Source: Mobula hypostoma (lineage: Eukaryota). From it: a stretch of DNA of 64,000 bases. This document shows, one piece after another, positions 49,974 to 61,240 of the stretch. The stretch lies in the NCBI RefSeq assembly GCF_963921235.1, contig NC_086097.1:93064001-93128000 (forward strand), given 5' to 3'. The position numbers were made by a program, and so were the translations under genes. The notes beneath the pieces were generated by a model. That model did no database searches. It was not told the origin of the DNA and worked only from the letters and a program-made list of their open reading frames with translations. The stretch's first letter is position 1. Each line of letters begins with the position of its first letter.

Positions 49974-51279
49974 CATTCACTTTGCTAACTGCTCACTCAG
50001 CTTGCCCTGTCTTGTTCAAGAATTTTTACACACATTGACCCGGGATCTGGTCCTTATGCCTTTAGAACTCTGCCATTTAATTGGCATTGTCTCTGCAAAC
50101 TATCTCCCTTCATGCATCTTTGTACTAACCTTCATCTGCTATTGGTCTGTCCATTCTAAAAGACCATATACTCTTGAGATCTATTACTATCCCCCTTGCT
50201 GTTTACCGCTCCTCCAAGTTGGAGCAGTGCACTGCACGTCCCTATCCAAATGATTCACATGTTTTCAAAAAAAGGGCACTGGTCCTGAGATAAGTAACTG
50301 CTTCCATTGATACAGATGAAAAGCTTTTCAAAGGTTCATTTATTATCAAAGTATACAACACTGAAATTCTTCAATTCTCTGCGTAGCCATGAAACCAAGA
50401 AAGAAAAGAAAGGGAGCTCAGTCATCAACCCCCAAATCCCAACTCCCCGCAAAAATACCGAACGAAAACGGAACAGGACCATTAATCCTCAAATCCCTCC
50501 ACCCGCACAAAACAATGAACAAAATGGATCATGCACATTGCCCCTCAATCCCTCCTCCCACACAAAACAAACAAAATGGATCAGGCACATCGATCCCCAA
50601 TCCCTCCTCCCGCACAGAAGAAACCCGAGAAGATCAGGCAGGAAAACACAATATAAAAACTATAAGACTGAATTTAAAAAAGAGTCTATAGTCACACCCA
50701 ACCCTGCACAACCATCATCATCCATGAAGGTTTGTTTAACTATAATGTTCAAATAGTTACTTTAAAAATAAATCATTTTTACGTTTTTCACTTTCAGTGT
50801 TCTTTGTGGTAGAGTTGTGGAGATTGATTTGTAATCCATGGGGAACTGACTGTCCACCAGGTGTATTAGACCACCAGGGAAGGAATGATCATGGCCACTC
50901 GGTCCCTCTAATGAGCAAGTAACACATGCACATTTCGGGAGGAGCTCAATACGTCATGCAGTTTCCATCAGAGGAATTAAACAGTCAATGTTTCAAGCTG
51001 AAATCAATCCTGATAAGGGGTCTCTGTCAGAAATGTTGACTGTTTATATCCCTCCACAGATCTGCCTTATCCGATTTCCAGCGTCTGCAGAATCTTTTGT
51101 GTCCCCCAATAAGTGCTCTGATGCATTCATGAGTGTCTGGTGCCCATCTGCCAGTGACCCAGCCTGACAAAAACAGCTCACTCAGACACCTATTAGACTG
51201 AATGTCCATCAACTCCATCACTGAAGAGTCAGAGGCTTTGGAGCGGAGTTTCACAGTCGCTGGGTTGCCAATGTCAGAA

Positions 51280-53695
51280 TCAGCTTTACTACCACCGGCA
51301 CGTTTTGTGAAATTTGTTCACTTACCAGCAGCAGTTCAATGTGACCCATAACATAGAAGAAAAAAAATTGTAATAAATAAATGATTTGATTCAATCAGTT
51401 ACAGTATACGTATATTGAATAGACTAAAAATCATGCAAAAACAGAAAAAATATATGTTTAGCAAGTGAAGTAGTGTTCACAAGTTCAATGTCCATTTAGG
51501 AATCGGATGGCAGAGGGGAAGAAGCCGTTCCTGAATCGCTGAGTGTGTGCCTTCAGGCTTCTGTACCTCCTACCTGATGGTAACAGTGAGAAAAGGGCAT
51601 GCCCTGCGTGCTGGAGGTCCTTAATAATGGACACTGCCTTTCTGAAACACTGCTCCTTGAAGATGTCCTGGGTATTTTGTAGGCTAGTACCCAAGATTGA
51701 ATTAAATTGAATGATCTCTTTTGTCGTTGTACATGGGTACAATGAAACTCTATTTGGCTTCCTCTCAGGCAATTAAATAAAGCAGGAGATAAAAACAAGA
51801 CAGTAATAGAAAAACAGTATTAAATAGATAAGTAGCAGAAAATAAGTTGCAGCAGCACCAGAATATCACAGTAATGCACAAAGTGCTGTTAGTGCAAGTA
51901 TTTGAGCGCTTGTGTGAGCTCACAGTTTCAGTCATTGTTCTGTGGGAGTGGTGTGATGGTGGCCACAGCTCCGGGATAGAAGCTGTTCCTCAGTCTATTT
52001 GTTCTGGCTTTTAGTGTCCTGAACCTTTTGCTGGACGGCAGTGGGTCAAACATGGAGTGGCCGGGGTGTGTGGTGTCTCTGGTTATGCTGGTTGCTTTCC
52101 TCCTGAGTCTGCTGGAATACTTTCCACACTTTCCACTACCTCTCCATGCGTATGGACTCTGTCCTTTGATCTCCTGAAGTCAATGATCATCTCTTTTGTT
52201 TTAGGAGTGTTAAGGACCAGGTCGTTGTCCTTACACCACTCCGTCAGATGATCCACCTCAAGCCTGTAGGCTGTTTCATCCTCGTCCGAGATCAGGCCAA
52301 CCACTGTGGTATCGACCGCAAATTTAATTATGGAGTTGGAGGTGTAGATGGGGGTGCAGTCATGTGTGAAGAGTGTGTAGAGTATAGGGCTCAGCACCCA
52401 CCCCTGTGGGGTGCCTGTTTTTAAGATGAGGGTGGTGGAGGTGTGCTTACCAATTCTGACCTGCTGTGGTCGGTCTGTGAGAAAGTCCATGACCCATGAG
52501 CACAGGGGGGATCCAAGGCCAAGAGTGTTCAGTTTGCCGACCAGTTTATGGGGAATGACTGTGTTAAATGCAGAACTGAAGTCCACAAATAACATCCCCA
52601 CGTAAGTGTTCGGTTCCTCTAAGTGAGTCAGAGCAATATGGAGGGCTGTTGTGATTGCATCATCTGTGGAGTGGTTTGCCTGGTAGGCAGACTGGTGTTT
52701 GTCCAGATCAGGTGGGATTATAGCCTTCATGTGTGAGCGCACAAGTCTCTCAAAGCACTTCATGGCTGTGGGTGTCAGCGCTACAGGGCGACAGTCATTC
52801 AGGCACCTCACAGCTGATTTTTTGGGCACTGGGATGTTGGTGGAGGTTTTAAGGCATGCGGATGGAGCCGACTCTCTACAGCTTATTTCACTCCTGTGCA
52901 CTAGTCCCCCCACCCCCATAGCAGACAGTGATGCAGCCTGTCAGCATGCTCTCCACGGTACATCTATAGAAGTTTTGTTGACATACCAAATGTCTTCAAA
53001 CTCCTAATGAAGTACAGTCACTGTCTTGCTTTCTTTATAGCTGCATCGATATGTTGGGACCAGGTTAGGTCCTCAGGTTTTGACACCCAGAAACTTGAAA
53101 CTGCTCACTCTCTCCACTTCTGATCCCTCTATGAGGATTGGTATGTGTTCCTTCATCTTACCCTTCCTGAAGACCACAATCAGCTCTTTTGTCTTACTGA
53201 CGTTGAGTGCCAGGTTGTTGCTATGACACCACTCCACTAGTTGGTATTTCTCACTCCTGTACACCCTCTCATCACCATCTCAGATTCTACCAACAATGAT
53301 TGTATTGTCAGCATAGTTATAGCTGGTATTTGAGCTGTGCCTAGCCACACAGTCATGTGTATATAGAGAGTAGAGCAGCGGGCTAAGTACACACCCCTGA
53401 GGTGAGCCAGTGTTGATCATCAGCAAGGAGGAGATGTTATGACCAATCTGCACAGATTGTGGTCTTCTGGTTAGGAAGTCGAGGATCCAATTGCAGAGGA
53501 AGGTACAGAGGCCCAGCTTCTGTAATTTCTCAATCAGGATTGTGGGAATGATGGTATTAAATGCTGAGCTATAGTCAATGAACAGCATCCTGACACAGGT
53601 GGTTGTGTTGTCCAGGTGGTCTAAGACTGTGTGAAGAGCCATTGAGATTGTGTCTGCCGTTGAGCTATTGTGGCGATAGGCAAATTGCAGTGGCA
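51280..53695 (-). mobile_element. Rex1/Babar-type LINE interrupted by a second Rex-type LINE (51697-52860)
   Basis: Outer element: [56 protein letters not shown]. Inner element: [27 protein letters not shown] with a ttgaattaaattgaa tail. The outer sequence resumes at gatggagc, 52861. Confidence 0.85.
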
Positions 53696-53813
53696 GCATA
53701 GCAGTTAACGAGATGCTATTAAAACTCAGAGCATCGGAGTTAAGAGTTCAATTTTGGTACTGTCTGTAAGGAGATTGTACATTTTCCCTGTGACCTTGCA
53801 TTTCCTCTGAGTG

Positions 53814-54401
53814 ACACACACAAAATGCTGGTGAACGCAGCAGGCCAGGCAGCATCTATAGGAAGAGGTACAGTCGACGTTTCGGGCCGAGACCCTTCAT
53901 CAGGACTAACTGAAAGGAGAGAGAGTAAGAGATTTGAGGGGGGAGGGAGAGATCAGAAATGATAGGAGAAGACAGGAGGGAGAAGGGATGAAGCTAAGAG
54001 CTGGAAAGTTGATTGGCAAAAGGGAGAGGATCATGGGACAGGAGGCCCAGGGAAAAAGAAAGGGGAAGGGGAGTGCCAGAGGAAGATGGAGAGCAAGCAA
54101 GGAGTAATTGTGAGAGGGACAGAGAGAGGAAAAAAAAAGGAGAAAAATAATAAATAAATAAATAAATAAATAACGGATGGGGTACGAGGGGGAGGTGGGG
54201 CATTAGCGGAAGTTAGAGAAGTCAATGTTCATGCCATCAGGTTGGAGGCTACGCAGACGGAATATAAGGTGTTGTTCCTCTAACCTGACTGTGGCTTCAT
54301 CTTTACAGTAGAGGAGGCCGTGGATAGACATGTCAGAATGGGAATGGGATGTGGAATTAAAATGTGTGGCCACTGGGAGATCCTGCTTTCTCTGGTGGAC
54401 A
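53814..54401 (-). mobile_element. Penelope-like 3' fragment + pLTR inserted into a V-SINE
   Basis: KQDLPVATHFNSTSHSHSDMSIHGLLYC..LEEQHLIFRL..QPDGMNIDFSNF; GAGTG at both junctions (53809-53813, 54402-54406); SINE halves at ~53695-53813 and ~54402-54540. Confidence 0.85.
53872..53907 (-). ncRNA. Minimal type I hammerhead ribozyme motif (Penelope pLTR)
   Basis: Minus strand reads AGTC-CTGATGA-A-GGG TCTCGG CCC-GAAAC-GTC^GACT. Confidence 0.75.
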
Positions 54402-55409
54402 GAGTGCTTCAGTTTCCTCCCACAGTCCAAGGACATCCTGGTTAGTAGGTTAATTGGCATTGTAAATTGTCCTGTGATTAGACTGGGGTTAATAGGTGGG
54501 CTGCTGGCCAGCACGGCTCATTGGGCCAGAGGGAACTCCTCCAAGAAAATAAACAAACGGTGTCCAAACTTGTTTTAATTACAGTTCGCAGCAAGGTTTG
54601 GATCCTGGCCCGCTTTTGCCTGATTCCGGGTGAAGGGGACCAGTCGAGGTACAGAAGGCCAAGCTCAGCACGGAGATAAACGTGACTCTGTGGGTAGAGC
54701 TCTCAGCTCCGACCCTGGCTGAAAGCAGCCCATCCACTTCAGGGCACACAGAAACTTCTGGCACAGCAGGAAGTCACAGTGCCTAGGGAAGTCCAGGAGA
54801 ACTCTTCAGTAGAGCAGTGGAAAGTGCTTCACCGTTAGAAAAGCTGGCTCTCAAATATGACATTGTCTTTAAGTCATACAGCACAGAGAAAGGCCCTTCA
54901 GTCCAACACACCCATACTGACCACCGTGCCTAATCAAGCCCATATCCTCCCAAACCTCCCATTCTGCCATCTGACTCTTTGCCTGTGAAATATGCCATGC
55001 CACTCTTTTGAAGAGTTAGGGGGCTTGGCAGGCAACTATTTCATTATTTAGAGGGACTCGCCATTCCTGAAATAACTGCCATATTTTTTTGAATTACAAC
55101 AGGGATACGAGGTCAGTGGTAAAGTAGGAGAGCTGACAGCCCTGTCTGTTCGCGGTGTACTCGAGTGTGGCGCCCCGCGGCCCTGCGAGGAGCTGTGTAA
55201 ACACAAGTTCCTTTGCAGGGGAACAACAACTCGTACAGCGAATGGGACACAAGCAAACGAGGAGCGGTGCTTAAATGAGCAGGAAGCCGCCGAGGGCTGG
55301 GCATTCCCCCTGTCCTAGGCTCTGCTGCCACCTGCTGGTCATCCTGCTCAGGAAATATGAGCAGCACCAGCGACTGAAAGGAGCCCAAGGAATCAGACTC
55401 AGGTTTATT

Positions 55410-56110
55410 AGCTCTGAGACGTGTCGTGAAATTTGTTTTGCGGCAGCAGTACAGTGTAAGACATTACAAATACCAAAGATACAGAAAATAAGGAATGCTC
55501 AATAATAAGTAACAAGGTGGTGTTTATGGAGAGTTCAGAATTCTTATGGTGGAGGGGTATTGATGGTGAAGCTCTTCCTTAAATTGTTGGGTCTGGGTCT
55601 TCACGTTCTTGTACCTCCACGTCAATGGTAGTAATGTGAAGAAGGCAAGTCCTGAATGATGGATATCAACTTCTTAATATTGTCCACGTGATCCATTGGC
55701 CTTGGGTCACATGGATGATACTAATACTTAGATCCGGCTGTTTATAGCTCAGCCTTTAACACAATCATTCCCACAACTCTGACCAAAAAGCTCCAAAACT
55801 TGGGCCCCTGTACTTCCCTCTGCAACTGGATCCTCAGCTTCCTCACCAGGAGGACAGATCAGCATGGATCGGAATTAACATCTCTATTTCTGTGATAATC
55901 AACACTGGCGTAGATCAAAGATGCGAGTTTAGCCCTCTGCTCATGACTGTGTGACTAGGCACAGTTCAACTGCCAGCTGTATATCTGCTGATGACTGAAC
56001 TATTGTTGGCAGAATCTCAGATGGTGATGAGGTATACAGGAGTGAGGTAGCTCAGCTGATTGGTGAAACAGCAACAACCTCTCACTCAACGGCAATAAGA
56101 CCAAAGACAC
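55410..56110. mobile_element. Rex-type fragments in opposite orientations (3' end on minus, RT piece on plus)
   Basis: aatcagactcaggtttatt tail on minus; [21 protein letters not shown] on plus (~55740-56105). Confidence 0.6.
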
Positions 56111-56864
56111 AATAGTAGGCAGCTATCGATTCCAGGGGATCATGGGTTTTCTCCTCTGGTGGACTGTGTCCTCTCCAGGGTGCAAGCCTGGGCAGGAAGA
56201 TGTTTCATGAGATTCCTCTCCCATCTCACAGGTTACCATTACCTCCAGTGTTCCCCTACCATTCTTCTTCCCATCTACTTCTGCTCCTCCCATTTTTAAT
56301 TCCTACCTGATATCCCCTCCAGCCTATCCCCGCACCCAGTTTTCGCCCTCTTCCTTGGTTTCATCCACTTGCTACGCCACAAATGTCGCCCACAACATCC
56401 CTCCCCACAAATGTCGCCCACAACATCCCTCCCCCATTTGGTTCCATCTGCCCACCACCTCTCAAGATTCAAGATTGTTTAATGTCATTTCCAGAACACA
56501 AGTGTTAAGGAGAACAAAATAATTGTTAATCTGGATCTGATACAGCATGAAAAAAAAACCACAAAAGATAAAGGAAACATAAGTATAATTACATAAGATA
56601 ACTTATATTCAGAGACCGATTGTATCGCCAAAAAGTGACGCTTGGCACAGGAGTGTCTGTATATAAAGTCAGTAACAGGAAATGATGATGTGGTGGAGGG
56701 GTGTCGAGGGGGTGGGTTAGTGGGTGGAGGTGTCGATCAGCCTGACGGCTTGGGGAAAGTAACTGTTTCCGAGTCTGCTGGTTCTGGTGTGGATGTTGCC
56801 TAGCCTCCTCCCTGATGGGAATGGGACAAACAGTCCATGAGCAGGGTGGGTGGGATCCTTCATG

Positions 56865-59225
56865 AAGTTGCTACAGAGAATAGTTTGTTCACCAAGTTCT
56901 GTGGGACAATGGTGTTGAATGTCAAACTGAGATCAAAAAGTTGCATTCTGACATGTGTCCTTGTTTTCTCGGTTTGTCAGGGCCAGGTGCGTGGCAGATG
57001 CTATGGCATCTATCATAAAGCTTCTCTGTTGGTAAGCATATTAGTGAGTGTCTAATATGGCAGGATTGGAGTTTTTGATGTGTGCCACTACCAGCCGTTC
57101 AAAGCACTCCATGGTGAGTGTGTCAGTGCCGCTGGGTGGGGGTCGTTTAGTTCTGAAGGTGTAGAGTTCTTTGGCGTAGGTATGATGGTGGCTGATTTGA
57201 AGCACGTGAGGACAGCAGCCTGGATGGGTGAATCGTTGAAGATATCAGTGAGATAGTGTGCACACTCCGAGTGCTCGGCTTGCAATGTTGTTTGGCACAG
57301 CCACCTTACAGGGGTTGACTCTCTGTAGAGTCCGTCACGTGTCTGGTGCTGTTGCACACAGTGGCTACTCAACTGGGGAAGGGGCAGCTTTCACAGCCAG
57401 TGTTGTGTTTCCTGCTTTGAAGATGCGTAAAGTTTTTTTCAGAGCCTCAGGGAGGGGAGGCATCACTGGTACAGTCAGCACTTGTTTCCCCTTGCATAGT
57501 CACTGATGCCCAGGGTTTGTTATCGGACAAGTGTTCCCAAATTATTTGTGCTTAAGCAGTCTTTGTCCTCCTGATGCCTGAGATGAGGCTTCTCTTGGCT
57601 GTTCTGAGAACTGTGGTGTCACCAGACTTGAAGGCAGCATCCTGGGCTTTTAATATAAAGTACACCTCTGCGTTCAGCCAGGGCTTCTGGTTGGGCCACG
57701 AGATGACCGTTCCTGAGATGCCAACATCGTCTACACTCTTACTGATGTAGCTGGAGACAGATGAGGCATATTCCTCACGGTCTGTGTCTTTTCTGTTTGT
57801 TGAGAATGGACTAACACCTGCCAGTCAGTCCATTCAAAGCAGTGCTGGAGCATGGAGGTGCCTTATTAGGCCATACAGTGATGGCCCTCTTAACTGGTTT
57901 CTCCACCTGCAGCAGTGGTCGGTATGCTGACATTAACGTCATGGAGATGTGGTCAGAGAGGCCAAGATGAGGATGTGGGGTGGCTTTGTAACTACCATGT
58001 CTGTTTGTATAACAATGGTCCAGTCTGTTTGTTCCCTGGTGGTCATGATGATGTGTTGGTGGAATTTGGGTAAAATTTCCTGTAGTCTCCTGCTAATATG
58101 AAGGGACTTTCCAGATGTTTGTTTTATAGGAGCTGATAATACTCCCAGTATATCCTTGGCGTTTGTTCTCGGGGTGGGGAGATGTGGACAGCGGTAATGA
58201 ACACAACAATAAACTCCCTGCTCAGGAAACATGGCCAAATTTGACGGTGAGATGTTCAATTACCCCAGAACAGTGACTGCTAATTACAGGTCAGTTTATG
58301 CACCAACCTTTGTTAATGTTCACACTGATTCCACCTCCTCTGCATTTCCCCAGCATGGAGTTTCTGTCTGTATGGAGCAGAGTCATCCCATCAAGTTGAA
58401 ATACTGGTGTTGTTCAAAGGTCCAATTTAATGTCCGAGAAATGTATACAATTTACATCCTGAAATGCCTTTTCTTCACAAACATCCATGAAAATAGAGGA
58501 GTCCCCCAAAGAGTGAAGGTTAGTTAAATGTAAGAACCCCAAAGTACCCCCCAGCTCCCCTCCCTCCCATGGTTAAGCGACAGCAAGCAACAATCCCCTC
58601 TCCCCCACAGGCCACTGAGCACTCGAGTGTGAGCAAAGCAATGGCAAAGACTCAGACTTGCAGTTACCCCAAAGACTTTGCGTTTCACCCAAAATTCAAC
58701 ATACCACAGGTTCTCTCACCCTAATGAGGGAGAAGGAGGTGTCTCCATTTTCCCAGCGAGTGGGGGGACATAACAAACAACTCATTGGTTTACAATGTTA
58801 GAAGTCCGTTACGTCTCTTTTTCCAAGCTCTGTTCCCAAAGATCGCAAAGATCCCGGGTCTTCGGGCACGCAGCAGTAGGTTTTCCGACTCCACCAATGA
58901 CACACAAGTCTCCTGCCATGACATCGACTCTCGATCCACCCGTCTCCAGAGCCCCAGGATTTTAGGCTTCCAAATCCAAGCTGGACTCTCAGGCCGAACC
59001 CTTGGCGTGCCGAACAACGGCCAGTCCTGAAACCCCGAGAACAGGTCCCATTCCCGCAAAGAACTGAAGATAGTGTCTAATTCCAGGTCAGGGTCTTCAA
59101 AAGAACACTGAAAGGGAAAAATAAAGAAGTAGAGCTGTTTCTGAAGGTGCAAGCAAAGGAGTTGCCGTTTAGTTCCATCTTAACTTCGCTCTGCCTCTGT
59201 TAGCCATGTTTCAGTGAAAACCAAA
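56865..59225 (-). mobile_element. Degraded Rex1/Babar LINE (endonuclease + RT), interrupted at ~58413-59190
   Basis: Minus strand: CFKSATIIP.PK, NQKPWLNAEV..AAFKSG, GKCRGGG..NKGWC, and ILVFTETW near 59205. Confidence 0.7.
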
Positions 59226-60004
59226 ATGTAACAGTTTGTCATCTCTTCCATCTCCCCTGATGGTTCCCATTTCCACCTTCTGCATCAGATTCTAGCACCT
59301 TTGTATTCCTGATCAACTCTCCCAGAGCTTTCTCTAACCTTTACCCTTCTCTCCCCCACCTGGGTCCACCTGCCCTTCCTGTTGTCCTTTTCCTGTCTGT
59401 TCCCCACTTGTCACCCTCCTGCCTCTGTCTCCCAACTCCACCCATCACACCTTACCCCAGCTCATTCAATTCGGCCATTATTCCCCATCTTTCCTCAGTA
59501 TACCCCTTGCATATTAACCCCAGCTGAACACTTGCCCCCCAACCTTGTACTGGCCTTCTTCCATCTCCACTTTCAGTCCCTATTCAAGGCCTCAAACTGA
59601 AATGTCAGCACTTCTTTTCCATTCACAGACACTGCTCAACCCGTTGAGTTCCTCCAGTGGATTGTGTCACTCCTGATTCCAGTGTCTGCAGTCCCCTGTG
59701 TCTCAAAGCTCATGAGTTCCCCCTGGCCTGCCATTACAAGTTTACTCAGCTTCTTCAAAGGCCTTGGACTCTGCTTTGCTCTGTTTCCTGCCATGGCTCT
59801 GGGCTCACTGCTGTATTTGCCTCTGGTCACCAGCCTTAGTTAATGTAAAATCCATCTATGTGTTCCCATTCCAGAAGAGAGCATCAGGAGGGAACAACCA
59901 GGTAGCCAAGCACTTCCTGGAACATTGAGCTGGGAGTCATGGGAAGATTTGCCAAACTGACCAGGGACAAGTGGAAGGCCCAAACCTACAAAACTAAAGA
60001 TGCA

Positions 60005-61240
60005 AAGCTTCAATTATTATCAAAGTATACACCTCTGAAATTCTTCTTCTCCATGAAACTAAGAAAGAAAAGAATAGCAGCACGATGATCAACCCCCAAA
60101 TCCCTCTTCCCCCCGCAGGAAAAATAAACAAAAACTAAACAGTCACATCAACTTCCCCCCCCGACCCCCCCAAATCGCCCACCCCTGCACACACAAAACA
60201 TGAGAAAGATCACGTGAAAAACACAGAATATATAAAAAAAACATAAGGCTGGAAAATAAGTCTATCGTCCAAGTCCATATTCATATCCATATCCAAAACA
60301 CAGAAAACCTGGGCAACATTCTCCGGGCACAGCAACAACCTCTCTCCTTTCTGGCAGCAGAGCGATCAAAACGCAGTCTCCCCTCTCTGCTAGCAGAGCG
60401 ATCCCACCAGCGATCAAAACGCAGTCTCCCCTCTCTGCTAGCAGAGCGATCCCACCAGCGATCAAAACGCAGTCTCCCCTCTCTGCTAGCAGAGCGATCC
60501 CACCAGTGATCAAAATGCAGTCTCCCCTCTCTGCTAGCAGAGCGATCCCACCAGTGATCAAAACATAGTCTCCCCGCTCTGCTAGCAGAGCAATCTCACC
60601 AGCGATCAAAATGCAGTCTCCCCTCTCTGGTAGCAGAGCGATCTCACCAGTGATCAAAATGCAGTCTCCCCTCCCCAGTAGCAGAGCAATCCCACCAGCG
60701 ATCGAAAGGCAGTCTCCCCTCTCCATAGCGGAGCGATTTCCCCAGTGATCAAAACGCAGTCTCCCCTCTCTGGCAGCAGAGCGATCCCACCAGCGATCAA
60801 AAGGCAGGCAGCCAGCGCTCACCTTCCACATTCACCAGCAACTTTTATGTGTGTTGCTTGAAATTCCAGCATCTGCAGATTTCCTCCTGTTTGTACCTTG
60901 GTGTTTCAATCTCTTGTCACTTTAATTGGCGAACAATGGAAGCTTTAATTGGCGAAATGGAGTTGAACATCAGCCAACACCCCATCCCGTAGCCTTCTTC
61001 CTATGAGAGTTTGGGACACTGCCTCTGCCTCCCAGAATCCCCTCGGAGACTACAAAGTGCTGCAACACCCAACCGATCTCTAAACAGCAAATCACAGGCT
61101 CCAACAGTTCCAGAATCACAATCAAAATGAAAAACAAATGTAAAAGCCATGAAAGAAATGAAATATATGGTTTCATGATCTTTCCAGAAGATGCCGACCA
61201 TGGGAGCATTTTACACAGATGCCGTCTTGACTGGAAAAAC
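60005..61240 (-). mobile_element. Non-coding retroposon (3' part related to 50330-50740) carrying an internal minisatellite
   Basis: Shares ttattatcaaagtatac..tgaaattcttc and atcaacccccaaatcc with 50330-50420; 5' end on minus reads ttccagtcAAGACGGC. Confidence 0.55.
60340..60805. repeat. 48-bp minisatellite, about 9-10 copies
   Basis: Unit CTCTCTGCTAGCAGAGCGATCCCACCAGCGATCAAAACGCAGTCTCCC. Confidence 0.95.

Noticed and set aside
49430..50038. His/Thr-rich and Cys/Val-rich ORFs
   Set aside because: Translations of CA/TG microsatellite.
60262..60831. 189-aa repeat protein as a gene
   Set aside because: Explained by a 48-bp minisatellite inside a repeat element; no supporting gene structure.
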